This document shows, in pieces, positions 29,634 through 39,450 of a DNA stretch of 55,713 nucleotides. Source of the stretch: Fusobacteriaceae bacterium (GTDB taxonomy: Bacteria > Fusobacteriota > Fusobacteriia > Fusobacteriales > Fusobacteriaceae); contig JAISST010000115.1 of NCBI GenBank assembly GCA_031272945.1, positions 1 through 55,713 of the forward strand, given 5' to 3'. A program made the translations under genes and the position numbers. The notes beneath the pieces are model-generated. The model searched no databases. It was not told the origin of the DNA and saw only the letters and a list, made by a program, of their open reading frames with translations. Numbering within the stretch: the first letter of the stretch is position 1; every line of letters begins with the position of its first letter.

Positions 29634-31113
29634 TTTTGACTACAGAAAATACGAGCAGACGCTGAAGCTGATCTTTTTGAAGGCGGCGGCGAAACTGTTT
29701 CCCGCGGGGCGGGTGACGCTGGATCATTCGCTCAACAACGGCATATACGGGACGCTTACGAAAGAGACGCCGCTGTCGGATGAAGACATTGCGGCCCTCA
29801 AGAAAACCATGGGGGAGATCGTTGAGAAAAATTACCCGATCCGCCTCGTGACAGACGACTGCGAAAAACTCAAAATGTCCGCCGATACCATCGCCCGTGA
29901 GGATGTGAGAAAGCTCCTCCAGAACAGCGGCGCAATTACCGTAGGCTGCTATGAGGTCCACGGTTATTACGACTACCTCTATACCTCGGTGAAGCCCTAC
30001 AATTACACCGGCGACGCGCCGCTGTTTGACGTCGACCGCTACAACGGCGGATTTATCCTCCGCTATCCGATTACCGAAGAAGGAAAGCTCCTGCCGCGGA
30101 TCGACAATCCCAAGATGGCCAAAGTTTTCCAGGAGACCAACGAATGGGAGAGAATCTTAGGGGTTCCCACCATCGGTTATCTCAACGAAAAAATTTTGAA
30201 CAGGGACATCGGCGAGCTGATCCGGGTCAATGAAGCCCTTCATCACCGCAATATCGCCAAAATAGCCGGGAATATCATGGAAAACAAAGACATTCGGCTC
30301 GTGACCATTGCCGGCCCCTCGTCGTCAGGAAAGACGACGTTTTCCAAGAGGCTCTACGTCTATCTGCGAGCCTGCGGCGTGAACCCTGTGATCATATCCC
30401 TCGACGACTACTATGTGGGGCGGGACAACATTCCCACCGACGAAAACGGGAAAAAAGACTATGAGACCATCGACGCCCTGGATCTCCGTCTGCTGAACGA
30501 CAACCTGCGGGCCCTGATTGACGGCGAAGAAGTCCTGGTGCCGCAGTATAATTTCCGGACAGGAACCCGGGAAGCGGAGGGAAAACTGCTGAAACTCCCC
30601 AAGGGAGGCGTCATTATCATCGAGGGCATCCACGGTCTCAACGAAAAAATGAGCGCCGCCATAGAAAAACGCAATAAGTATAAAATTTATGTGAGTTGTC
30701 TTACGGAACTCAATATTGACGATCACAATCGGATATCCACTTCCGATGTGCGCCTGATCCGCAGGCTCGTGCGGGATTCCTTTTCCCGGGACATCCATGT
30801 GGAAGAGACGCTTTCCATGTGGCATTCGGTGCGCCTCGGAGAACAAAAACACATTTTCCCCTTCCAGGAGGAGGCCGACGTGATTTTCAATTCCTGTCTC
30901 GTCTACGAACTGGCAGTCCTCAAGAGCTTTGCCCTGCGGGAATTGATCAAAGTCCGTGTCGGGACGCCGTCCTATCAGTTGGCCAAGAGACTCTTAAGCC
31001 TTGTCAGTTGCTTTCTCGATATCGGCGTCGCCTATGTGCCCGATGATTCGCTGTTGCGGGAATTTGTCGGCGGCAGTTCCTTTATCGAGGCCAATTACGG
31101 AAAATACAATTAG
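29626..31113 (+). CDS. Nucleoside (uridine) kinase with ThrRS-like N-terminal region
   Basis: IAGPSSSGKTT, SLDDYY, IIEGIHGLN, RRLVRD, IFPFQEEAD. Confidence 0.88.
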   Translation: MADFDYRKYEQTLKLIFLKAAAKLFPAGRVTLDHSLNNGIYGTLTKETPLSDEDIAALKKTMGEIVEKNYPIRLVTDDCEKLKMSADTIAREDVRKLLQNSGAITVGCYEVHGYYDYLYTSVKPYNYTGDAPLFDVDRYNGGFILRYPITEEGKLLPRIDNPKMAKVFQETNEWERILGVPTIGYLNEKILNRDIGELIRVNEALHHRNIAKIAGNIMENKDIRLVTIAGPSSSGKTTFSKRLYVYLRACGVNPVIISLDDYYVGRDNIPTDENGKKDYETIDALDLRLLNDNLRALIDGEEVLVPQYNFRTGTREAEGKLLKLPKGGVIIIEGIHGLNEKMSAAIEKRNKYKIYVSCLTELNIDDHNRISTSDVRLIRRLVRDSFSRDIHVEETLSMWHSVRLGEQKHIFPFQEEADVIFNSCLVYELAVLKSFALRELIKVRVGTPSYQLAKRLLSLVSCFLDIGVAYVPDDSLLREFVGGSSFIEANYGKYN

Positions 31114-31161
31114 GGAAACGATTCAACCACGATCGTATCAGTAAGGTAAAAGGAGGTTTTC

Positions 31162-32439
31162 ATGAAAAAACTGTGCTGTATGCTGTTGCTGCTGGCCGGG
31201 AGCATGCTTTCGGGAAGGGAGATCCGGGACTCGGAACTCGAATTCCGGAACGGACTCTTTTATAAAAAATGGGAAACGGTCCCTTATACAGGCGCGGTCA
31301 GGGAACCCGCAGGCAGGGGAAGCTCGGAATTTTTCTGCAACGTCCGGGACGGTCTGATCGAAGATTTCGTCCTGCGGGAGGAATCGGGAAAACCGACGGG
31401 AAAAGGGCGCTTTGAGGGAAAGAACTTCTATTTCGACGCCATGATCTATTTTCCCGCGGGCGGTCTCAGAAATGAAGTGAACGGCATCGTGGAAGGAAAG
31501 AACGATCAGGACATGCAGCGCCTGATCATGGAGAGCTTCCGGAAGGATCCCGACCTGTCGGAGCTGACGAGAATCCTGATGACCCAGGGGAAGATGGACC
31601 TGAAATACAAGGAATTCGGCCAGGCGGACAGCAACAAGACGCTGGCGGATTTTCACATGATCGTGGAAGACGGGCTGATGACCGGGGAAGGAACCGGCGG
31701 AAACGAGGACGGTTCCGGTCAGAACTACAAAATGACCTTGCGATTCGGCGATCTGAGAAAGATCGATTTCAGCGCTTTTTCCAACCCGATTACCAATCCC
31801 TTTGACATGGCGGCTTCCGGCGGCGCCCAGGACCTCAACCGGGCCCTTGCGGAAGTGGCGAAGCTGGAAGAGGGCGAATTTGTGATGCAGCTGCTGGATG
31901 CGGCGGGTACAAAGGTAGGCGACGCGGCGATTCGGATAAAATCCGGCGTGTTGGACGGGGAATTAGATTTACAAGGCGGTCAGAAGTTTCAATTGCGCTT
32001 CGGAGTGGAAAAAGTCAACGAATTGGACGCGAACCGGCTTTACGGACTGAAAGGGAATCCAGACGGCATGGTCATCGTGGAAACGGCGATCCGGGAAGCG
32101 GCGAAGCTGGAAAAGATCACGCTGAAAACGGCGGTGGAGCAGCCGCAAATCAACGCGGAAATCGAACTGACCTGCAGAAAAGGTCAGCTGGAAGCCAAGA
32201 TCAACGAATACAAACCGGCGGGGAAAATCCGACAGGAATTGATTCTGCAAATTGACGACGTCACGAAAATCAACGTGCGGGAAGTGAACACCAAGGATCC
32301 CTTCTCACTGGTGAAAGCCCTGCGGCTCAGCGGAACCTATCGGGATTTCGATGAAAACGGACAGGAAAAATCCAGGATGCGCTGGGACGGAAATGATTTT
32401 CTGGGCGTTGTGATGAAGATCGGGGAATACATGAGGTAG
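31162..32439 (+). CDS. Exported hypothetical protein with MORN2-like N-terminus and internal repeats
   Basis: Signal peptide; RNGLFY...PYTG start as in fusobacterial MORN2 proteins; AAGGAGG RBS. Confidence 0.75.
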   Translation: MKKLCCMLLLLAGSMLSGREIRDSELEFRNGLFYKKWETVPYTGAVREPAGRGSSEFFCNVRDGLIEDFVLREESGKPTGKGRFEGKNFYFDAMIYFPAGGLRNEVNGIVEGKNDQDMQRLIMESFRKDPDLSELTRILMTQGKMDLKYKEFGQADSNKTLADFHMIVEDGLMTGEGTGGNEDGSGQNYKMTLRFGDLRKIDFSAFSNPITNPFDMAASGGAQDLNRALAEVAKLEEGEFVMQLLDAAGTKVGDAAIRIKSGVLDGELDLQGGQKFQLRFGVEKVNELDANRLYGLKGNPDGMVIVETAIREAAKLEKITLKTAVEQPQINAEIELTCRKGQLEAKINEYKPAGKIRQELILQIDDVTKINVREVNTKDPFSLVKALRLSGTYRDFDENGQEKSRMRWDGNDFLGVVMKIGEYMR

Positions 32440-32468
32440 AAAAAAACCGCCCTACGGGGCGGCTTTTT
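32440..32468. terminator. Bidirectional terminator between convergent genes
   Basis: A7-CCGCCC-TACG-GGGCGG-C-T5. Confidence 0.7.
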
Positions 32469-33099
32469 GTATTCTTAATAACGCCTCATTCATGGCCGTC
32501 GCCTTATCTCTAAGCGACGGTCCTTTTTGCTTCAGGGCGTCCACCTTTTTCGTGACTTCGGCGGGATCGGCGTGGTCGGGGTCTCCGGCGGCCTCGAAGA
32601 TCTCCCGGGAGAGATTCATAATTTCGAGGGAAGCGTCGACGCCTTCTTTTATGATTTTCTGTTCCTCCGCCAAATTCGCGGGCGGCGTCAGAGAACCCAA
32701 TTTCTCGTAGAGCGGCGTCAGTTTCTCAATGACTTCCCGATAAGTGGCGATCACTTTCGGGAGGTCGTTGCGGTCCACGAGACTGATGGCCCGGGAAGTC
32801 GTCTGGATATCCAGCGCCAAACGGTTGATTTCCTTCCGGTATGCCGTCAGTTCTTCGGCGGGATCCGCCTCTACGGGAAGCGCGGCCGTATCTGTCTCGA
32901 CAGCAACCGCGGGCGGCGCGGTTTCCGCAGTGGCTTCAGACCGTATGCCTTCGCCTGCTTCCGCGGTTGTTTCAGATTGTGCGCTTTCGGTCGCGGGAAC
33001 TGTCGCAGCATCCGCCGCCTCTGCGGCCCCGGCGTTTGAAGCCCGAAGACTGAAGGCGGAAATACAGACGACCAATGCGCAGACGATGATTTTTTTCAT
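32452..33099 (-). CDS. Exported hypothetical protein (Ala/Glu/Thr-rich linker plus helical domain)
   Basis: GGAGG RBS before ATG 33099, MKKIIVCALVV signal peptide; minus-strand TTGTAA-N17-TATAAT at 33159-33131. Confidence 0.8.
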   Translation of the reverse strand: MKKIIVCALVVCISAFSLRASNAGAAEAADAATVPATESAQSETTAEAGEGIRSEATAETAPPAVAVETDTAALPVEADPAEELTAYRKEINRLALDIQTTSRAISLVDRNDLPKVIATYREVIEKLTPLYEKLGSLTPPANLAEEQKIIKEGVDASLEIMNLSREIFEAAGDPDHADPAEVTKKVDALKQKGPSLRDKATAMNEALLRIQKAAP

Positions 33100-33170
33100 G
33101 GAAACCTCCGGGTTTTTCAGTATTTCTTTCATTATATAACGCCGCGATGAATTTTACAAGAAAATTTCCC

Positions 33171-33199
33171 TTGCAAATAATCATTTTTTGCGGTATGAT
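33171..33199 (+). promoter_or_regulatory. Sigma70 promoter, back-to-back with the divergent promoter at 33131-33159
   Basis: TTGCAA-N17-TATGAT. Confidence 0.6.
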
Positions 33200-33245
33200 A
33201 TTTTGTAAGATGTTCAAGTGAGAATATTGTGTCAGGGAGGATTTC

Positions 33246-34139
33246 ATGAAGAAGAAAGGCTTACGGATCATCGGAATGCTCATTTTTGCCGTGTGCATAT
33301 GCCACGGGGCGGCGACCCCCGACGACAGGGATCCCTATCGCTACAAAATGCAATTACTCGGCGCCTTTTCCCGGCTTGCGGTTGACATGCAGACCATTTC
33401 GGGGCTGCCTTTGAACGAGGGATCCGCCGTCCCCTACCGACAGGCCGTGAACCGCGCGATTCCCACGCTGTTCCGGATCCGGAATCTGCGCCCGCCCAAG
33501 GCGCTCGCCGCCTCCCACAAGGATATCGCCCGGGGCGCGGAATTTACCTCAAAACTCTTTCAATCCACCACGGAACTCCTGACGGACATGGCCGTTAGCG
33601 CCCAAGGAAACGCGGCCGCAAAAGCCGCCGTCGAAGCGAAGGCCGCCGCTCTTTCGCGTCAATACGCCAGTTTTGAAAAAGAGATGCTCATGTTCATGGC
33701 GGGAACGGTGGACGCTCTGGCCTATGACGCGCAGACGCCCCAGTCGGACCCCTACCGGGGAAAAGTCATGGACCTTCTGACGAGGATATACAAGGAGACC
33801 CAGCCCATAATGCGGGATTTCCGCCGGGGCCGGGCTCCCTCGGAAACGGAACTCAACCGCTATACGCGGCAATCGACGCCTCTATATCAGGAATTGGCCG
33901 ATATTCCAGACCCGCCGGTCTATATGAAAGGCGCCCAGGCAAAACTGAAAAGAGGGGCCGCAGCCTACCTTGAGCACCGCAGGCTCTCTTTCCAGAGTAT
34001 CGGAATTCTGCTGCAATCGAATTTTAACATCACGCCCGATGTGGAGCGCCGCCTCACGGCCATTCAAAAACGGATGCGGGCGCTTTCCAAAGAGGCGGGC
34101 TATTTTAACGAGGGCATTGCGGATGTGTTTTCGTATTGA
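33246..34139 (+). CDS. Exported hypothetical protein with two helical repeats
   Basis: GGAGG RBS, signal peptide, two DPYR...PP...RGA repeats. Confidence 0.8.
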   Translation: MKKKGLRIIGMLIFAVCICHGAATPDDRDPYRYKMQLLGAFSRLAVDMQTISGLPLNEGSAVPYRQAVNRAIPTLFRIRNLRPPKALAASHKDIARGAEFTSKLFQSTTELLTDMAVSAQGNAAAKAAVEAKAAALSRQYASFEKEMLMFMAGTVDALAYDAQTPQSDPYRGKVMDLLTRIYKETQPIMRDFRRGRAPSETELNRYTRQSTPLYQELADIPDPPVYMKGAQAKLKRGAAAYLEHRRLSFQSIGILLQSNFNITPDVERRLTAIQKRMRALSKEAGYFNEGIADVFSY

Positions 34140-34145
34140 ATGGAA

Positions 34146-35588
34146 TTATGCAAAATCTTTGATATAAGAATACAGGGTCTTCACGGTTTCGCCCGTGGCG
34201 CCTTTGGGATAATAGCTTGTCCCTTCTTCCGAAAAGGACGTCCCCGCGATATCCAGGTGCATCCAGGGTTTTCCGTCCACGAATTCCTCGAGGAATTTCG
34301 CCGCGGAGGATGCGCCGCCCCAACGGCCGGCGCTATTTTTGAGGTCCGCGATATGGGATTTGACCATTTCCGCGAATTCGGCGTCCATGGGCATATTCCA
34401 GAAGCGTTCCCCCCATTTCTCTCCGGCTTTGGCAAGTTTGTCAAAATTCTCTTTCGTGTTTGTGAAAACGCCGGTGATATGCTCTCCGAGGGCGACCATT
34501 ATGGCGCCCGTCAGAGTGGCTACGTCAATGATTTCCGAGACGTTTTCCTTATGGCGGATGTAGGTCAGGGCGTCGGCCAGGGTTACGCGGCCTTCGGCGT
34601 CGGTGTTGGTGATCTCGATGGTCTTTCCGTTCATGGCGGTCACGATGTCTCCGGGCTTGTAGCCGGCCCCGTCGATGACGTTTTCGCAGGCGGCTATGAC
34701 GGCCACGGCGTTTTTCGGAACCTTGTTTTCAGCCAAAGCGCAAAGAACGCCGATGACTGTGGCGGCTCCGGTCATATCGCTCTTCATGGTCAGCATGGAA
34801 GCCGTCGGTTTGATGGATAATCCTCCCGCGTCATAGCATAGTCCCTTTCCCACAAGGCCCACCGCGGTCTTTTCTTTTTTGTTTCCCGTGTAACGGAGCA
34901 CGATCAGGCGGGGCGGATGGGCCGACGCGCTTCCGACCGCTAAAAAGGCAGTCATTCCAAATTTCGCGATCTCTTTTTCATTGTATACGCGGCAGGAGAA
35001 GCCATAGGTCTTGGACAATTTTTCCGCTTCTTCGGCGAGGATCGCGGGCGTCATGTTGTTGGCCGGTTCATTGACGAGATCCCGGACAATATTGCTGATT
35101 ACGCCCAATTTTGAGCCTTCGGGAGTCTTTCCGGCCCCTTTCGGATCCACAATTTCCAGATTCAGGGCCTCTTTTTTCTCTTTGTCCTTTTTGGCGGTTT
35201 TGTATTTTTCAAAACGATAATTGAGATGTTCCGCCAAGGCGCCCAAGGCGTCGGGGTCCAGAAAGGACTTTTCCGCCGACTCCAAAAGGACGGCGCCATG
35301 GAGCGGTTTCAGGGCTTTGCACAGGGCGGCTCCGCGCTTTTCCCGCGTCAGCTCGGTTTTCTTGCCGTAACCGGCCAGGACAATCCGAACCAGGGTCTTT
35401 CCGTCCCAGGTCTCTCCCCGGAGGCATTGGCCCGGTTTCCCGCTGAAATTCTCTTTGGCGGCCAATTTTGTGAAAAGAGCGCCCACATCTTCCGATAACG
35501 AAGAGGGAGCGGCAAATTCGCCTTCCTCCACGAGGATGACGCGCCAGTCATAGTTTGTTTTTGCTTTTTTAACGATTTCAAAATGCAT
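34146..35588 (-). CDS. pepA: Leucyl aminopeptidase (M17)
   Basis: VGKGLCYDAGG, MKSDMTGAA, NTDAEGR, DVATLTGA, HLDIAG. Start is ATG 35588 after GGAGG. Confidence 0.95.
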   Translation of the reverse strand: MHFEIVKKAKTNYDWRVILVEEGEFAAPSSLSEDVGALFTKLAAKENFSGKPGQCLRGETWDGKTLVRIVLAGYGKKTELTREKRGAALCKALKPLHGAVLLESAEKSFLDPDALGALAEHLNYRFEKYKTAKKDKEKKEALNLEIVDPKGAGKTPEGSKLGVISNIVRDLVNEPANNMTPAILAEEAEKLSKTYGFSCRVYNEKEIAKFGMTAFLAVGSASAHPPRLIVLRYTGNKKEKTAVGLVGKGLCYDAGGLSIKPTASMLTMKSDMTGAATVIGVLCALAENKVPKNAVAVIAACENVIDGAGYKPGDIVTAMNGKTIEITNTDAEGRVTLADALTYIRHKENVSEIIDVATLTGAIMVALGEHITGVFTNTKENFDKLAKAGEKWGERFWNMPMDAEFAEMVKSHIADLKNSAGRWGGASSAAKFLEEFVDGKPWMHLDIAGTSFSEEGTSYYPKGATGETVKTLYSYIKDFA

Positions 35589-35736
35589 AATGCCTCCATG
35601 GATTTCGGGGTTATTTTCGCCCCCTTGATTGCTGTACGGGCTTTCGGATAGAATTATTTTAGCATAAAACGCGCCAAAGGAAAAGAAATTGTTGCATTTT
35701 TTGCAAAAGACTGTAAAATATAGACAGGTGATGGAA

Positions 35737-36207
35737 ATGAAAAGAAAGCTACTGTGTATGGTTTTGTTTGCGACGCAGGCCTTGCCCCTGTGGGCCCGGA
35801 GCGTGTCCGTCCGGGATATCCGGGACGTCGACGGCGTCATGTATGTGAAAGGGGAGGCCGCGCCTTTTACCGGCACGATCAAAGACGTAAAAGACCGGAA
35901 TTATTATCTCGAGGGGAAGCCTCACGGGAAATGGGTGACCTTTCATCCCTCCGGCGCCATGAAATCCATTGAAAACTGGAAGAACGGGCGGCTCAACGGC
36001 AAATTCGTACTGTACCGGGAAGACGGCTCCAAGGTCATGGAAACTACGTACACCAACGGTGAAGACAACGGCCGTTATTTGCTGTATCATCCCAACGGCA
36101 GAATCCAGATCCGGGGCCAGCTCAAAATGGGTAAAGCCTACGGCGTATGGGAGTATTTCGACAAAGACGGCAATATCGAACGACGCGGCGAAGTGAAGGG
36201 CGATTAG
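35737..36207 (+). CDS. Exported MORN2-repeat protein
   Basis: Signal peptide, DGVMY...PFTG, GKW..F..SG, YHPNG repeats. Confidence 0.85.
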   Translation: MKRKLLCMVLFATQALPLWARSVSVRDIRDVDGVMYVKGEAAPFTGTIKDVKDRNYYLEGKPHGKWVTFHPSGAMKSIENWKNGRLNGKFVLYREDGSKVMETTYTNGEDNGRYLLYHPNGRIQIRGQLKMGKAYGVWEYFDKDGNIERRGEVKGD

Positions 36208-36279
36208 AAAGCGGCGGAAAAAATTTTCCCGAAAAACCGGAGGATTCGGCGGCCCGCCCGGGAGACGGAGCAATATCAG

Positions 36280-36308
36280 TTGACATTTGCAAAAAATAAT
36301 AGTATAAT
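36280..36308 (+). promoter_or_regulatory. Consensus sigma70 promoter
   Basis: TTGACA-N17-TATAAT exact. Confidence 0.8.
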
Positions 36309-36406
36309 GATAGTAAGAACGCCGGAGTATGCTATATACGGCGATCTCCCCAAAAAAAATATCCCCGTGGGTTGCAAGAGAGGGATATCCAAGGAGGTTC
36401 TGATTT

Positions 36407-36727
36407 ATGATTCTTGTTTTGACGAACATTTTGGAAACTCTGATACTGGCCTCGCCGAAAAAGGCTATGGCCTTCGGGAAAATTGTGGTGGATCACATCA
36501 ACAGCGGAAATGAAGTCACGCTGGATTTCAGCGGCGTGGAGGGCGTCACCGTAGGGTTTTTGTACCTGCTCTTCACGCGGATCTACAAAGAATGCGGGAA
36601 AAATATCCACAGACTTGTCAACGTGGTCAATGTACCCGAGCGGGCAAAGGATTCCTTCCATTACCTGCGCAATAATTACGAGGAACTGGACAGCCGGTTT
36701 GCCGGCCTCATGATCCCGACAGCCTGA
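36407..36727 (+). CDS. STAS-like (DUF4325) domain protein
   Basis: EVTLDFSGVEGVTVGFL motif; AAGGAGG RBS. Confidence 0.75.
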   Translation: MILVLTNILETLILASPKKAMAFGKIVVDHINSGNEVTLDFSGVEGVTVGFLYLLFTRIYKECGKNIHRLVNVVNVPERAKDSFHYLRNNYEELDSRFAGLMIPTA

Positions 36728-36730
36728 TTG

Positions 36731-36756
36731 AAGCGGACTTTTTTGGTCCGCTTTTT
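36731..36756. terminator. Terminator between convergent STAS-like gene and trmL
   Basis: AAGCGGAC...GTCCGCTT then T-tract. Confidence 0.65.
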
Positions 36757-37208
36757 TACAAGGGAAAATTCAGTTGCCGCAAAGCCTCATAGAGGATCAC
36801 GGCGGCGGAATTGGAGAGGTTGAGAGACCGCCCCATGGGGATCATGGGAATCGTCACGCAGCGGGAGGGCGCGGCCCGGAGGATTTCTTCGGGAATGCCG
36901 CGGGATTCGGGGCCGAACATGATATAGTCATCCGCTTGATAGCGGACGTCCGTATATTTATTTTTTGTTTTCGTGGTGGCGTACCACAGGGAGATACCGG
37001 GATTGGCCGAAAGAAAGTCCTTCCAGGAATCCCAGACCCTGAGATCGACCAAATGCCAGTAATCAAGCCCGGCCCGCCGGATCTGCCCCTCGCTCAGGGA
37101 AAAGCCCAGCGGTCGGATCAAATGCAAAGCGGCGCCGGTAAGGACGCAAGTGCGGCCGATGTTGCCGGTATTGTATGGGATTTCGGGTTCGTAAAGGACG
37201 ATGTGCAT
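36756..37208 (-). CDS. trmL: tRNA (cytidine/uridine-34-2'-O)-methyltransferase
   Basis: PEIPYNTGNIGR, RAGLDYW, FGPESRG, RSLNLSN. Confidence 0.94.
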   Translation of the reverse strand: MHIVLYEPEIPYNTGNIGRTCVLTGAALHLIRPLGFSLSEGQIRRAGLDYWHLVDLRVWDSWKDFLSANPGISLWYATTKTKNKYTDVRYQADDYIMFGPESRGIPEEILRAAPSRCVTIPMIPMGRSLNLSNSAAVILYEALRQLNFPL

Positions 37209-37321
37209 GAGGCTTCTCCGTCAAGTCGACAAGGCTGACAAATTCCGTAATACATTATTAGAATACACTATTTTTCAATAAAATGCAAGCGGTTTTCTTC
37301 CGCTTGAGGAGACGATAAGAC

Positions 37322-37951
37322 ATGCTCCAAATCAAACCTTTTATATTAGGCCCTCTGGGCACCTGGTGCTACCTCGTCTGGGACGCCGACAAAAACGGCA
37401 TCCTCTTTGACTGCGGCGGCCGCAATCTCGAAGGCCTGACCACCTTCATCAAAACCGAGGGCATCACCCTCAAAACCATTGTCCTGACCCATGGTCACGG
37501 CGACCACATCATCGGTCTCAAGGACCTGGTCAAGCTCTATCCCGACGCCGAGGTTGTCCTCGGCAAGGAAGACGCCGTCTTCCTGAAGGAACCCGAATAC
37601 AACCTTGTCCATTACATGGGCGGCGAACCCTTTACTTACGACGGACCCGTGACTTTTGTGAAGGACGGCGACACGGTGGGGCCTTTTACGGTCATTGATT
37701 CCCCGGGTCACACGGTGGGGTCCAAATGCTTTTATGCGCGGGATTCCAAGCTTCTGATCTCGGGAGACACGATGTTCAAGCAGAGCTTCGGGCGCTATGA
37801 CCTGCCCACAGCCAGCGGGGAAGCTCTTTTCCGCAGTCTCAAGAAACTCTGCGACATTCTGCCCCCCGATACGGTGGTCTATAGCGGTCATACGGAGGAG
37901 ACGTCCATCGGCGCCGAAAAGATTTTTTTACATTCCATCGGCGTATTCTGA
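37322..37951 (+). CDS. MBL-fold metallo-hydrolase (glyoxalase II/GloC-like)
   Basis: THGHGDH, PGHT.GS, SGD.MF...GRYD, YSGH. Confidence 0.9.
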   Translation: MLQIKPFILGPLGTWCYLVWDADKNGILFDCGGRNLEGLTTFIKTEGITLKTIVLTHGHGDHIIGLKDLVKLYPDAEVVLGKEDAVFLKEPEYNLVHYMGGEPFTYDGPVTFVKDGDTVGPFTVIDSPGHTVGSKCFYARDSKLLISGDTMFKQSFGRYDLPTASGEALFRSLKKLCDILPPDTVVYSGHTEETSIGAEKIFLHSIGVF

Positions 37952-38115
37952 GCTTGCCCTCATAAGGCTTTGTCGGTAATATCCGCAAACAGGAAAGCGT
38001 GACGGAAAAGCGGGCTGAAGCGAAAACACTGTGTACTTCCTTACAAAAAATAAAAATCAAATTGCAACAAAGGAATAAATATGCAGCACCATATCATGGA
38101 AAATGGAGTGAGGCG

Positions 38116-39423
38116 ATGAGAAAAATTTTTGTTTTGGACACCAATGTTTTGATTCACGATCCCAACTGCATCAAAAATTTCAGAGGGAATGATGTGGTCC
38201 TTCCGATCTATGTGATCGAGGAGATCGACAAGCTGAAGCGGAATCAGAATACCGCCATCCAGGCGAGAATGGCGGCGCGAACATTGGACAAGATCCGGGA
38301 AAGGGGCAGTCTCTTCAAGGGCGTTCCGCTGGAAAACGACGTGTTTTTCAGGGTGGAAATCAAAAACGACCTGACGAAGCTGCCGGATATGTTGCGGAAA
38401 GACGTCGTGGACAATTATATTTTAGCGGCCGCCATGGGCATTATCGAGGAAAACCCCGACCGGCGGGTCATCATTGTCACGAAGGACCTCAACATGCGGA
38501 TCAAAGCGGATTCGCTGGACATCGAGGTCGAGGATTACGAAAACGACCGGGTCGACTACAACGAGCTCTATGACGGGTTTTTCACGGTGGAAATCACCAG
38601 CGAACAGGCCGGAAAATACGACAAACACGGATCCATTGACTTTGAGGACCTGGAAGCGCCGGGACTCAGACCGACGCCCAACGCTTTTTTCAAGCTCCTC
38701 TGCGGCAAGAAAACATTCACGGGACGCTATGAACGGGGGAAAATCCGCAAATTTTTGTTGGGCGATTCGAGCGCCTGGGGACTCCGGGCCCGGAACGATG
38801 AACAGCGTTTTGCCATGGACCTGCTGCTGGACGACAACGTGAAGGTCGTGACCCTCGTGGGAGGCGCCGGTACGGGAAAGACGTTATTGGCTGTGGCGAC
38901 GGGCTTGGAGCAGGTCGTGGAACGGCGAAAATACAAGAAACTCCTGATCGCCCGGCCGATTATTCCCATGGGCAAGGACATCGGCTATCTGCCCGGCGAC
39001 GAAAAGGAGAAGCTGCGGCCCTGGATGCAGCCGATCTTTGACAACATAGATTTTCTCAGCGAGACCAAGGACGACAGGGCCGGCGAAAAAGTCGTGGAAG
39101 GGCTGGAATCCATGGGAATCCTCAAGATCGAACCGCTGACCTATATCCGGGGGCGGTCCATTCCCCGGGGATTCATTATAATAGATGAAGCGCAGAATCT
39201 GACGCCGCTGGAGATCAAAACCATCATCACCCGGGTCGGCGAGGATACGAAGATCGTATTTACAGGCGATCCGCAGCAAATTGACAATCCCTATCTCGAT
39301 GCCTCCACCAACGGCCTTGTGTATATGGCTGACCGGCTCCGGAATCAGGAGATCGTGGGGCATGTGACGCTCAAGAAAGGGGAGCGGTCCAAGGTGGCGG
39401 ATATCGCGGTGCAACTGTTGTAG
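38116..39423 (+). CDS. PIN-PhoH (PhoH2/YlaK-like) protein
   Basis: VLDTNVLIHDP PIN domain; GAGTGKT, YIRGRS, IDEAQN, TGDPQQID. Confidence 0.93.
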   Translation: MRKIFVLDTNVLIHDPNCIKNFRGNDVVLPIYVIEEIDKLKRNQNTAIQARMAARTLDKIRERGSLFKGVPLENDVFFRVEIKNDLTKLPDMLRKDVVDNYILAAAMGIIEENPDRRVIIVTKDLNMRIKADSLDIEVEDYENDRVDYNELYDGFFTVEITSEQAGKYDKHGSIDFEDLEAPGLRPTPNAFFKLLCGKKTFTGRYERGKIRKFLLGDSSAWGLRARNDEQRFAMDLLLDDNVKVVTLVGGAGTGKTLLAVATGLEQVVERRKYKKLLIARPIIPMGKDIGYLPGDEKEKLRPWMQPIFDNIDFLSETKDDRAGEKVVEGLESMGILKIEPLTYIRGRSIPRGFIIIDEAQNLTPLEIKTIITRVGEDTKIVFTGDPQQIDNPYLDASTNGLVYMADRLRNQEIVGHVTLKKGERSKVADIAVQLL

Positions 39424-39450
39424 AATTTATTATTATGGAGAAGAATTGTT

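Noticed and set aside
35589-35882. N-terminal extension of pepA in the ORF track (likewise glyS, glyQ, lspA and PhoH extensions)
   Set aside because: Extensions overlap neighbouring genes or promoters, and downstream ATGs have RBSs and family-typical N-termini.
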